Below, piece after piece: positions 41,138-52,591 of a stretch of DNA of 64,000 bases (its first letter is position 1; every line of letters begins with the position of its first letter). The notes below the pieces were generated by a model. It had not been told where the DNA came from. It saw only the letters and a list, made by a program, of their open reading frames with translations, and did not search any database. This DNA comes from an uncultured Phycisphaerales bacterium (lineage in GTDB: Bacteria > Planctomycetota > Phycisphaerae > Tepidisphaerales > Tepidisphaeraceae). The DNA is taken from positions 160,001 to 224,000 of the forward strand of contig CAWJPJ010000008.1 of NCBI GenBank assembly GCA_963844715.1. Direction: 5' to 3'. The translations under genes and the position numbers were made by a program.

Positions 41138-42509
41138 GGGTGAACCCATTCTTTTAGCGCGGCAGCCATGCTTTGAATCGTATCACTCCAGTCGTTGACC
41201 GGTGCGTTGCGGAAAATTCGCATGCTGGGATACCAGGGCGAATCCTGGCGATCCATGAGCCAGCGCCAATCGCCGGGATAATGGGAGAGGAGCCAGACGC
41301 GCTTGCCCATCGCTCCGGCCAAGTGGCACGTCGAGGTGCAGACGGAAATAACCAGATCGAGATTATCCACGAGCGCGGCGGTGTCCGCCCAATCGTTTAG
41401 TTCTTCGGTCCAATCGATGATTTCCATTCCCGGCGGCGGGCGGCGGGTTTCGGCGGCGGGGGGGCCTTTTTGCAAACTAAAAAATCGAATGCCCGGCACG
41501 GACGCCAGCGGCGGCGAGTTGCTGAAGCGCGACCTTTCGCCACGGATTATTGAAGTGGGAGGGATCGCCGGACCAGACGAGGCCGACGTGGAATTTTTTA
41601 TCGGCCGCCTCGACGGCGCGGCACGCGCCGCCGCCAGCGGAGGCTCAGGTCGGCGTCGGCATGGACGTACGGGACGTTCGCGGGAATCGTTTCGAGGGTT
41701 GTGCCGAATGCGCGGGGGAGACTGAGCAGCGGGCAGTGCATATCAAATTGCGGCCAAGGCTGATTGACGGGCACAACCTGGGTTACGCCGGGGACGGTTC
41801 GGAAGAGGCGGTACATTTCCGGGTGGCAGAGCAAGAGGACGGTCGCGCCGCGCTGCTTGAGGAGGGGGGCGTAGCGCACGAAGTGGAGGGCGTCGCCGTA
41901 TCCTCCTTCACCGTAGATCAGGATGCGTTTTCCGGCGGGATCGCTGCCATCCCAGAGCGTTTTTGAAAACGCGGGCTGGGGAAAGAGGGGCTTGAGTTGT
42001 TTCCATCGCCATTCGTACTGGCGCCATCCTTCGAGCAGATCGCCGCTTTGCATGAGCGTGAGGCCGAGTTCGGTATGAACGACGATGGCGTTCGGGAGAA
42101 TTTCCGCCGCGAGGCGCAGGGCGTCGGCGGCGTCTTCGAGCGCGCCGAGGCGCCGCAATTGCCGGCCCAGATTGAACGCGGCATCGGCGTGGCGCGGCTG
42201 GATCAGGAGCGCCTGACCGAGCGCGGCGACGGCGTTCTGGACTTGTCCGGCGTTGGCGAGGGCGACGCCGAGGTTGTAATGATATTCCACGCGGCTGGCG
42301 TCAAGCTCCATGGCCGCGCGCATGATTTGGATCGCCTCATCCGTGCGCCCGGCGTGAAAGACCGCCAGGCCGAGGAGATGGGCGGCGTCGGCATTATTGG
42401 GCTGTAGCGCCAAGACCTGACGGTAAAGGGTGATGGCTTCCTCGAAACGGCCGGCGCGGTGATGCTCGTGCGCCTGGCGGAGAATGTCCGTTGGGCTCGT
42501 GGCGGTCAT
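41134..42509 (-). CDS. TPR + GT-B glycosyltransferase (GT9-like C-terminus), indel(s) near 41550-41600
   Basis: TPRs, EGWRQYEWRW, EGGYGD, SLQKG, LDLVISVCTS..HLAGAMG, DWRW, SPWYP. Confidence 0.88.
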
Positions 42510-43967
42510 CGAGCCTCCCGGCGCGAGGCTAAACGGCGCAGTTCTTCGGCGACGTGCTGGACGGGCGTTTCCCAATCCTTGGCTTTCGGCTGCCTGAACA
42601 GACGCACGGTTGGATACCAGGGGGAATCGTCGCGATCGATCATCCATCTCCAATCGCCAACCCAGGGGAGCAGCACCCACACCGGCCGCGCCAAGGCGCC
42701 TGCCAGGTGCACGATCGAGGTGTCCACGGCGATGACCAGATCAAGATTCGCGACCACGGCGGCGGTTTGCAGAAAATCGGTCAGCGCCGGCGACAAATCG
42801 ATCAAATTCATACCCGGGGGCGGATGCTTCGCCTGATCGGAAGCGGGACCTTTTTGGAGGGAATAGAACGTGACACCCGGCACATCCGCCAGGGGCGCGA
42901 GCCGGGTGAGGGGCATTGAGCGATTGTTATCGTTGGCGTAATCCGGGCGGCCGGCCCAAACCAGGCCTACTTTCAGGTTCTTGTCGGCGGCGAGTCGGTG
43001 GTTCCAGGATTCGATTTGTTCAGGAGGCGGAAATAGGTACGGGACTTTGGCGGGCAAGGTTTCGATTGTTGTGTCGAAAATTCGCGGCAGGCTCGCCATG
43101 GGGCAATGGACGTCAAAATCCGGCATTTCCTGGCGCAGAGGGGATCAGCTCATGGACGCCGGGGTAATTGTGCAGAAGCGTGGCCAGGTCGCGCGGGACA
43201 CCGAGGAGGATTTTTCCGCCGCGTGCGGCCACGAGGGGGATGTAGCGCAGGAATTGAATGGTGTCGCCGAAGCCTCCCTCGGGATGAAGGAGAATGCGGC
43301 GGCCGTGGAGGTCGCTTCCGTCCCAGTATTTTTCATGGAAGAACGGCTCGGGGACGGAGGATTGAACGACTTTCCATCGCCACTCCGATTCGATCCAGCC
43401 GCGGCGAAAGTCGCCGGTGAGGAGATAAAGCAGGCCGAGATCGAGGTGGGACGCGTGTTGGGGGCTCTGGCGAATGGCTTCCAAGTGCTCGGCGATGGCT
43501 TGCGTAAATTTTCCCTGCTTCTTCAGGACGTGGCCGAGGTTGTCATGGATTTCGTAGGAATTGGGGCGCAGTTCCAAGGCCTTTCGCAGGGAAGCGGCGG
43601 ATTCATCGAATCGCTCGGCCGCTTCGTAGGCGGTGCCGAGATTGTTGTGCAACTCGGGTAGATCGGGACGGGCGGCGATTCCCTTGCGGTAGGCGGCTAT
43701 TGCGTCGTCGATGCGGCCCAGGGCCACGAGAGACAGTCCCAGCGTGTTTTGGGACGGGGCGACGGAGGAGCCCTGACTGATGGCGCGTTGGATTTCCCGA
43801 AGGGCGTCGTCGTAGCGGCCGGTTTGAAAAAGAAGGTAGGCCAATTGGGCCCGCGCCTCGGCGTGATTGGGGAAACGCAAAAGAATGCGCTGGTAGATGG
43901 CCTCGGCCTCGGGCAGCCGGCCGGCGCGGTGCTCGTCTGTCGCCAATTTGAAATCGGGGTCGTTCAT
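42506..43967 (-). CDS. TPR + GT-B glycosyltransferase (GT9-like), indel near 43125
   Basis: TPRs, EGGFGDTIQF, GLVWAG, DLVIAVDTSIVHLAGAL, SPWYP. Confidence 0.88.
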
Positions 43968-45831
43968 CGCCGGCTTTGACACCAATTGTGCCACATTTTT
44001 CGCAAGGCGTCTTGGAATCCGGCGGCGAAGGATTTTCCGTCCATGAGGGGCGATTGGCGCATGCGATCCCTCAGGGTTTGCCGAAGTTCGCGCAGGCGGG
44101 GGGATCTGCCGCCAGGGCGGCGGCGATGCGCAGGTAATTTTGCTCGTCGGGCACGATCAATTCGGGGAGGAAAAGATAATTGAGAATGCTGGTTCCGCCG
44201 CGTCCTACGGCGGTTCGGCCGGTGAGTGTGACGACGGGAACGCCGCTCCAGAGCGCGTCGCAGGTGGTCAATCCGCCGCCGTAGGGGAAGGGGTCCAAGG
44301 CGATGTCGATGTCGAGATATTGTCGGAAATATTGGTGGGCGTTAGTCCCCGGAACAAATTGCAGCCGATTCGGATCGATCCCCTCGGACGCCAATTCGCT
44401 GGATTTTTCCTTTTGATGACTTCCCGGATTTGAGTGAACGAGCAGGCGGGAATTTGGGACGAGATTGAGGAGTTGCTTCCACGTTCGCCAGGCCGATGTG
44501 GAAACTTTTGCGTAGGTGTTGAGGCAGCCGAAGGTGATCTGACCCTGCTGCTCAAATGGGGGCGGGCCGACATCGAGCGTAATGATCGGCTCGTAACACC
44601 AGTAGGGAACGGTGAGCCGTAAGGTTCGCTCGCTGTATACCGACTCGTCGTTGCCGGGCGGGTCGAACCAGGGGTCGGAGATTCGCCAATCCATGGCGTC
44701 CATGCCGCTGGTGCTGCAATAGGCCAGATAGGTCGCCTGAACGGGGGAGGGTTTTCGCGCAAACACCCGCAGGCGATTGCCGGCGGTTTGAAGGGATAGA
44801 TCGATCAGGATGTCGATTCGATCGGATCGGATTTGGGCGGCGACGTTCGTATCGGATAGTCCCACGATTTCGCACCAGGCAGCGGACGGCGCGCGCAAAC
44901 GCGCGGTGACCGGGTCGTTGATCGGGCAATCGGAGTAGGCGTAAATCTCAAAATGGTTTGCGTCGTGATTTTCGAATATGGGGAGCAGCACGCGGCCGAC
45001 GGGGTGATCTCGCAAATCGGGCGAAATGAATCCTATTCTGAGGCGGCGATGGGGGGATGGATCGTTTTGGTGCGGTCGGATTTCGCCGGCGAGGGGCCGG
45101 GCGAATTTTTCGTTCCAGCGGCGCTGCACCTTGAGTATCGCGGCGGCGTCAAAGTCGGGATGAAAGTGAACGGTGAAGGCTAGATTCGACATTGCGGTCA
45201 GATCATCGGGGCGCATTTCGGTGGCGAGGGTGAAGGCTCGGACCGCTTCGTCGATGCGGCCCATCGCCTTCATCACGTTTCCGATCGCGATCCGGCTTTG
45301 AATAAAATCGGGGCGAATTTGTATGGCGCGGTGAAAATGGTCGAGCGCCTCGTCCAAGTTGCCGGCGGCTTCGAGGGCGGCGCCAAGGTTGTAATGCGAA
45401 ACTGCCGAGTCGGGGCGGAGGGACAGACCCTTTTTTCCGGCGGCGACGGCTTCCTCGTGCCGCTTCAGGTACATCAAAGGCGTGCTCATGTTGCTGTAGG
45501 CCTGGGCAAAATCGGGGCGGAGGGAGATCGCTTTTTGATACGCCGCGATGGCGGGGTCGAATCTTCCTTGCATCGTCAGGGTGTTGCCCAGATTCGCGTA
45601 AGCCTCGGCGTAATCGGGACGAAGCTGAATCGCGCGCTCCAGCGCGGCGGCGGCCTGGTCGTATTGTCCCTCCGAAGTCAGGGCGAGGGCGAGATTATTT
45701 TGATAGACGGCGGCGTCGGGACTGAGCTGAACCGCGCGCTGAAAATGCTCGATTGCCTCGGCAAATTTTCCCTGCTGGGCCAGCGACAAACCGAGTTGAT
45801 GCGACGCTTCGGCGGTTTCGTCCGAATTCAT
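43964..45831 (-). CDS. TPR + GT41 (SPINDLY/OGT-like) protein O-glycosyltransferase, indel near 44095
   Basis: TPRs, RIGFISPDLRDHPVG, IDILIDL, PVQATYLAY, TFGCLN..AK, DIALDPFPYGGGLTTCDALWSGVPV. Confidence 0.9.
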
Positions 45832-47597
45832 GCGCTCTGCTCCGCCAGTTCGCGCAGGGCGTTTTCCATCTCCGCAAAAGGCGTGTCCCAATCCCCGGCG
45901 GTCGGCTGGCGAAAGAGCCGCATCGTCGGATACCAGGATGTGGTTTTGCCTGACATCAGCCAGCGCCAATCGGGAGAATAGGGGAGCAATACCCAAACCG
46001 GTTTTCCCAGCGCGCCGGCGAGGTGCGCCATCGCCGTATCGACGCTGATGATCAAATCGAGATTGCTGATCAGCGCGGCCGTGGCGGCGAAGTCCTGTAG
46101 CTCGCGTGTCCAGTCGGTGAGATTCCAATCGTGGGGCAGGGTTTGAATCTGCTCGCCGGCTTTTCCCTTTTGGAGACTGCAAAACCAGGCTCCGGGCACT
46201 TTCGACAGGGGCACGAACCGCGCCAGCGGAATGGACCGGTTGCGATCGTTGAAATATTCGGGCCTGCCGGCCCAGACCAGGCCGATTTTGATCCGTCCGG
46301 GAATGCTGGCGAGGGACATTCGGCATATCCTCGACAGGCCGGGATCGGCATGAAGATAGGGGACCTGGGCGGGAACGTTATTCCGGGTCGTCTTGAGCAC
46401 GCGCGGCAGGCTCAAGAGGGGGCATTGCACCTCGAATTTTGGAATCTCGGCGCCGGTGATCGCCAACTCGGTTACGCCGTCGAGGGTTTGGAGGAGGCGG
46501 AACAATTCTTCCGGACAGCCGAGCACGACTTGCCCGCCGCGCGCCGCGACCATGGGTGCGTCAGCGCACGAATTGGATGGTATCGCCGTAACCGCCTTCG
46601 GGGTGGAGCAGGATGCGGCGTCCGCCCAGATCGCTCCCGTCCCACAGGGTCTGGGAAAATCGCGGCTCGGGGATGATCGGGCGAAGGACGCGCCAGCGCC
46701 ACTCGTACTCGGTCCAGCCGCGCTCTATATCTCCGTTGAGCAGATGGAGAATGCTCATGTTCAGATGCGCCTGCGCGGACTGCGGGTCCAATTCGAGGGT
46801 TCGCCGGCCGGCCTCGAGGGCTTCGGAGATTCGTCCCATGCGATGAAGAGTGGTCCCCAGATTGAGATACGATTGCGCGGAATCGGGATGCAGCGCGAGG
46901 TCCTTATGGCAGGCCTCGAGCGCCTCGTCGAGACGGTATTCTTCCGCCAGGGCGATCGCCAGTTCGTTGAAGGGCGCCTCGGGGCCGGGTTTCAGATCGA
47001 TGATGCGCCTCAAGACTTCGATCATTTCAACATTGCGTTTGGCCTCGCGCAAAGCTTTGGCGAGGTTCTTCAAACCTTCGAGATAGTCCGGCTTGAGTTC
47101 GACGGCCCGGCGGAACGCCGCGAGCGAGGCTTCGGATTGCCCCTTGGTCGCGAGCAATACCCCCATGTCGTTGACCGCTTCGGCAAAATTCGGCGCAGCG
47201 CCAGCGCTTTTTCGTACGAGGCGATGGCCTGATCGATCTGACCGGTTTGACCCAGGGCGTGGGCCAATTGGTAATGGGCTTCGACGTAATCGGGCTTCAA
47301 TTCAACGGCGCGCCGAAGTTCGCCGACCGCTTCGACGGCCCGCCCCAGGACCGACAGGATCATTCCCCGATTGCAGAGATAATCCGGGGCTTGCGGATCG
47401 ATAGCCACGGCTCGGTCTAGACATTCCAGGGCTTCGGGCAATCTCGCCTGGTGAAATACGACCAGGCCGAGCAGTTGCAGGACGTCGGCATCGGCCGGGT
47501 CCTCGGCAAGGATGCGCCGATATAGCGCCTCGGCTTCGGGCAAGCGCCCGGCCTGGTGGTGATTCATCGCCGATTCAAAGAGGTCTTCGGTGATCAT
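45828..47597 (-). CDS. TPR + GT-B glycosyltransferase (GT9-like), 2 indels
   Basis: TPRs, GWTEYEWRW, EGGYGDTIQF, DLIISVDTAMAHLAGALG. Confidence 0.88.
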
Positions 47598-47604
47598 GCG
47601 GGTC

Positions 47605-49361
47605 TCATTGTGCCACGAACTTGCCGAGGTGCTCAATTAGTTGCGCCACCGGCCCGGTCCAGTCGCCCCTGGTGGTCTGGCGGAAAAGGCGCATGGTGGG
47701 GTACCAGGGCGAATCCTGGCGGTTCAGGAGCCATCTCATATCGGACGGCCAGGGCAAAAGCACCCACACCGGCTTTCCCATCGCGCCCGCCAGATGCGCC
47801 ACCGCGGTATCGACGCTGATCACGAGGTCGAGACAAGCGATGAGCGCCGCGGTGTCCGCCCAATCCGCCAGTTCGCTGGTCCAATCGTCCAATATCAATC
47901 CGTGATCGGTTTCGGCGCGCCTGATCGGCGGGCTTTCCTTTTTGCAGGCTGATCAATCGAACGCCGGGAATATCTTTGAGGGGGGCCAGGGATTTGAGCG
48001 GCATGGAACGGAGTCGATCGTGCGATGTACGAGGGCCGCCGGCCCAAACCAGGCCGATGTTTTTTTGGGGGGCGGGATTTGCCGATAGGCGTTCCTTCCA
48101 ATTCGCGATCCTGCGCGGATCGGCCTGTATATAAGGTATCCCGGCCGGAATCGTGTCGATCGTGGTCTTAAGCAACATCGGCAGGCTGAGCAAATGGGCG
48201 TAGCAATCATGCTCCGGATCGGGGGCAACTGAGGAGGCGATCTGATCCGCTCCGGCCAAGCCTTGCAAAAGGCGAACAAGCTGGGGTGGAACTTGCAGAA
48301 TCACCTTCCCGCCGCGCGCGGCGACAAGAGGGCAATAGCGCGCCAGTTGAATCGAGTCCCCATGACCGCCCTCGGACCGAAGCAGAATCCGCTTTCCGCT
48401 CAGCGGTTGCCCGTTCCACTCTTTTTCCAGGGGGGAATGCAACAATCCGGGGAGCCTCCAGCGCCACTGATATTCCTCAAATCCATTTTCGAAATCGCCG
48501 CTTTGAATGAGCAGTAATCCGAGATCGCGATGGGCAGCCGCGAAATTCGGATCGAGGGAAATGGCGCGGCGGTGCGCCTGCATTGCCTCGGCGAAGCGTG
48601 CAAGATTCGTCAGCGCCAAGCCAAGTTCATGATGGTTCCGCGGATTGTCGGGCGCGATGGAAATCGCTCGGGCGCATTCCGCGGCGGCTTCCTCGAATCT
48701 TTCCACCGCGGTCAGGCCCGCAGCGAGAACGATGCGCGGCGTCGGGCGAGTCGGGCCAGCGCTCGACTGTTTCCTCGGCAGCGTCAAGGGCATCGGCGAA
48801 GTGGCCCGCGCCCGCAAGGGAGCCAACCAACTGCTCGCGGGTTTTGAGCCGATCGGGCTGCAAGCGGAGCGCCTGGCGGAACGCGACGATCGCCTGGTCG
48901 AATTGCCGGTCCTGTTGAAGAGCCGTGCCGAGTTCTTCCCATGCGTCCGAGTCGTTCGGACGTCGTGCGGTCCACTGGCGATAAGCGGCGATCGCCCGGT
49001 CCCAGCGATTGGCGAGTTTCATCGCCATTCCCAGATTTCCGAGCGCCTGCGGAAAATCGGGCCGAAGTTCCAACGCCCGCTCCAGCGCGGCCACGGCCGG
49101 CGCGAACTCCCCCCGTTGGATGAGGGCGAGCGCCAAATTCCCGTGAAATTCGGCGCGGGCGGGCTCGATCTGGATGGCGCGCTGGATGAAATCGACGGCC
49201 TCGTCGACCCGGCCCGACTGATAGGCCACGACGCCCAGAAGATGCAGAACATCGGATTGCGCGGGGTGATCGACCAGGATTTGGCGGTAAAGCGCTTCCG
49301 CCTCCGCCAGGCGCCCGGCCTGGTGATGGCGCACCGCCGATTGCAGGTCTGGCTGGGTCAT
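47605..49361 (-). CDS. TPR + GT-B glycosyltransferase (GT9-like), 2 indels
   Basis: TPRs, GFEEYQWRW, EGGHGDSIQ, DLVISVDTAVAHLAGAMG, SPWYP. Confidence 0.88.
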
Positions 49362-49423
49362 CGGCCCCATTTTGAGGCTTGGATGGGATCAGGTAAAGTG
49401 CACGACCGAAGGGTCAATTCACG

Positions 49424-51971
49424 GTGGCACACGATCTATTTATTAGTTACTCGACGAAGGACAAGCCGACTGCCGACGCTGTTTGCGCGACGCTGGAGAT
49501 TCACGGCATCCGGTGCTGGATCGCCCCGCGCGATATCCAGCCCGGCGCCGACTGGGGCGAGGCGATCGTCAACGCCATCGACGAAGCGAAGATCCTTATT
49601 CTGATTTTTTCCGGGAACGCCAACAACTCTCCCCAAGTCCGCCGGGAAGTGCAGCACGGGTTTGAGAAGGGGTTGACGGTCATTCCGTTCCGAGTCGAGG
49701 ACATCGCGCCGACCAAATCGCTGGAGTATTACATCGGGGCGGTGCATTGGCTGGACGCGCTTTCTCCGCCGCTGGAGGCGCATCTTCAGGATCTGGCGGC
49801 GCGGACCAAGGTCATTCTTCAGCGTTCGGCGGCAGTAGGCGCCGCGTCGGCGCCGGGGGCGGAAACTGTCACCGACCCTGGGCGGCACGATCGGGACTTC
49901 GACCGGCGTGAGCGCCCCGATGTCTTACGCGCCGCCGCCTCTTCCTCCGCAGGGGAGATCGACGCAGACGACGGGGATGGTTCCGGCGCATCCGTCGGTG
50001 CTGTTCTGGGCGGCGCTGGCGGCGGTTGTGGTGCTGGTGGGGACGATGTCGGCGATCGTCTCAGTGATGGTGATGAACCGAAGCGCGCCGCAGGCGAGCG
50101 GGCCCGTGCAGAGCGCGACGCCATCGAGCAATTCCGCGCCGATGGGCGCGGTGGCGGCGACGAATCCGGCGGGCACCGTGCAGGCGGATTCCGCCACCAG
50201 CAAGCCGAGCGTCGCGGTCAAGGAGAATGCGGCTCCGACCGGGCCGGTTGCGCCGACGGCCGATCCGCAAGCGCAGGCCGATTACCAGGAGGGGATGCAC
50301 GCCCGTAACGGCACGGGCGAGGCGCAGGATTATCAAAAGGCGATGGAGGAGTTCAAAAAGGCGTTTGACGGCGGGATCGCCGACGCCGGGGCGATGATCG
50401 GATTGATGTACGAAAACGGGGAAGGGGTGGACAAGGACGGATTGCAATCGATCAAGTGGTATCGGCAGGCCGCGGACGCGGGAAGCTCCTACGCGATGCT
50501 TTATCTGGGCAACGATTACCGCTTCGGGGACAACGTCGCCAAGGATTACAGCGAAGCGTTTCTTTGGTATCAAAAGGGCGCGAATCTGAACAACGGGGAG
50601 GCGATGAATCACCTGGGGGAGTGCTTTCGCGACGGTGAGGGGACCGCTCAGGACGACCAGCAGGCGGTTGCCTGGTTTGAGAAAGCAGCCTCGTATAACA
50701 ATACGGACGGGATGGTGAATCTCGGCTGGATGTACGAAAACGGGCACGGGGTTCCGCACGACGATACGCAGGCGCTGAAATGGTATCAGGCGGCGGCCGA
50801 CCTAAATGATCCGATCGGTCTGGGGAATGTCGGCGTGATGTATCAATATGGCAAAGGGGTCACGCAGGACATCAACCAGGCCATCGAGTGGTACCGCCGT
50901 GCCGCGGACGCTGGAAACTACAGCGCCATGAATCGCCTGGGGACGATTTATCGCGACGGCACGGGGATACCGCAGGACGATTCCGAGGCATGCAAATGGT
51001 TCGGGAAAGGAGCGGACGGCGGAAACACAGATGCGATGGTGAATATGGGTTGGATGTACGAAAACGGTCGCGGGGTCCCGCAGGATTATTCCAAGGCGGC
51101 CGAATGGTATCAGAAAGCGGTCGATCTCGGCGACGCCACAGGCGAATGCAATCTGGCGTTGCTGTATCAGTACGGGCGCGGCGTTCAGCAGGATTACTCG
51201 AAAGCGGCGGATTTGTTCAAGCAGGCAGCGCAGGGAGGTTCGACGACGGCGATGGATCATCTGGGCATGATGAGCCGCGACGGGACCGGCATGGCCAAGG
51301 ACTACGCGGGGGCGATGACGTGGTTTCAGCAGGGGGCGGCGGCCGACAACACCGATTGCATGGTGAACATCGGATGGCTGTATGAAAAAGGATTGGGCGT
51401 CACGCAAGATTACTCGCAGGCGTCGGACTGGTATCGCAAAGCCGCCGAACTGGGGAACGGTCTGGCGATGAGCAATCTGGGAATTTTCTATCTCAACGGG
51501 CAAGGGGCGAACAAGGATATTTCCGCGGCGGTCGCGTGGCTGAAGCGCGGGGTTGAGGCGGGCAGCGCCGACGCGATGAACAATCTCGGCATCCTGTACC
51601 GCGACGGGAATGGCGTGCAGCAGGACGACAAGCAAGCCGTCGATCTGTTCCAGAAGGCCGCCAATCAGGACTATTCCGACGCGTGGGCGAACCTTGGCTG
51701 GATGACCCAGCAGGGCCGCAACGGCCCGATCGACTGGCCTACGGTCATCGGCGATTACAAGAAGGGTCTGCCGGATAGTTCGTGGTGCGCCCTGTACCTC
51801 GGCGATATCTACCGCGACGGCAACGGCGTCGCCAAAGACCTCGGGCAGGCGAGGACGTATTATCAGCAAGCCATTGATCTGGGTAATTCGATGGGGTCGG
51901 ACCGGTTGGCGGCGTTGAATAATCCGACGACGAGCACGGCGCCGAGCACCGGTCCCACCACTGGGCCGTAA
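49424..51971 (+). CDS. TIR domain + TM + about 14-15 Sel1-like repeats, indel near 49860
   Basis: LFISYSTKD...CWIAPRDI.PG.DW...SPQVRREV; TM VLFWAALAAVVVLVGTMSAIVSVMV; repeats A..NLG.MY.NG.GV.QD...A..WY.KAA. Confidence 0.88.
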
Positions 51972-51982
51972 GGATGGGGCGA

Positions 51983-52231
51983 TTATCCCGTGCGCGACAG
52001 CGGCCGAGCGTTGAGAATTTCATCGGCTCTGAGCGGGTGAATGTCGGTTACGCTTACGGTAGTAATGCATATCGTCTGCCCGAGGGCATTGAAGACCTCC
52101 AGCACCGCGCCTTGTGGCTGGCCAGGTGGACCTGGAACAAGATCGACAAGCGTAGCGACATCGCCCGTTTTGAGGCTGTCCTCCGGCACGTCACGCCCCA
52201 GTGCCACTTCGTCGTATAACTTCACAGTCAT
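51983..52231 (-). CDS. DUF4926-family small protein
   Basis: LYDEVAL..DVPE..L..GDVATLVD...LEVFNA.G.TI. Confidence 0.8.
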   Translation of the reverse strand: MTVKLYDEVALGRDVPEDSLKTGDVATLVDLVPGPPGQPQGAVLEVFNALGQTICITTVSVTDIHPLRADEILNARPLSRTG

Positions 52232-52549
52232 GATCCGGCCTCCCTATCGGGGATGAGTGTGACGAAACTGAATACGAGATCTACGCGGTGCAGCCAAACG
52301 AGCGTCACCGGGAGCCCGATACCGCCCGGCCCAGTCAACTGGCAAGTAGGTTCCGTACTCGCTTACTCGTTGCGCGATCGCATCGCCGCCCGCGCAGGCT
52401 TTGCGAATTGCCGCTTCCAGGACCTCCGGATTGCTTTGATCGAAACCGGCCCGCAAAAGGTATCGGCTCTTATCATTCTTACGCCGGTGCGCCAGCAGGT
52501 AATTGGCAAGCTTTTCGGGTGCAATGACCGCGTCGGCGGGAATCTTCAT
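52228..52549 (-). CDS. DUF6883-family protein, deletion near 52340
   Basis: AVIAPEKLANYLL..DKSRYL..AGF...YG; alternative frame LTGPGG...VTLVW...FVTLIP whose stop overlaps the DUF4926 ATG. Confidence 0.75.
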
Positions 52550-52591
52550 TGGTCGCCTCGGGCGATTTCTTGCATATCGACCCTTAACAAT

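Noticed and set aside
31186..51971. Canonical Thoeris, CBASS or Pycsar system
   Set aside because: No ThsA (SIR2/Macro-SLOG), cyclase or STING partner lies beside either TIR gene
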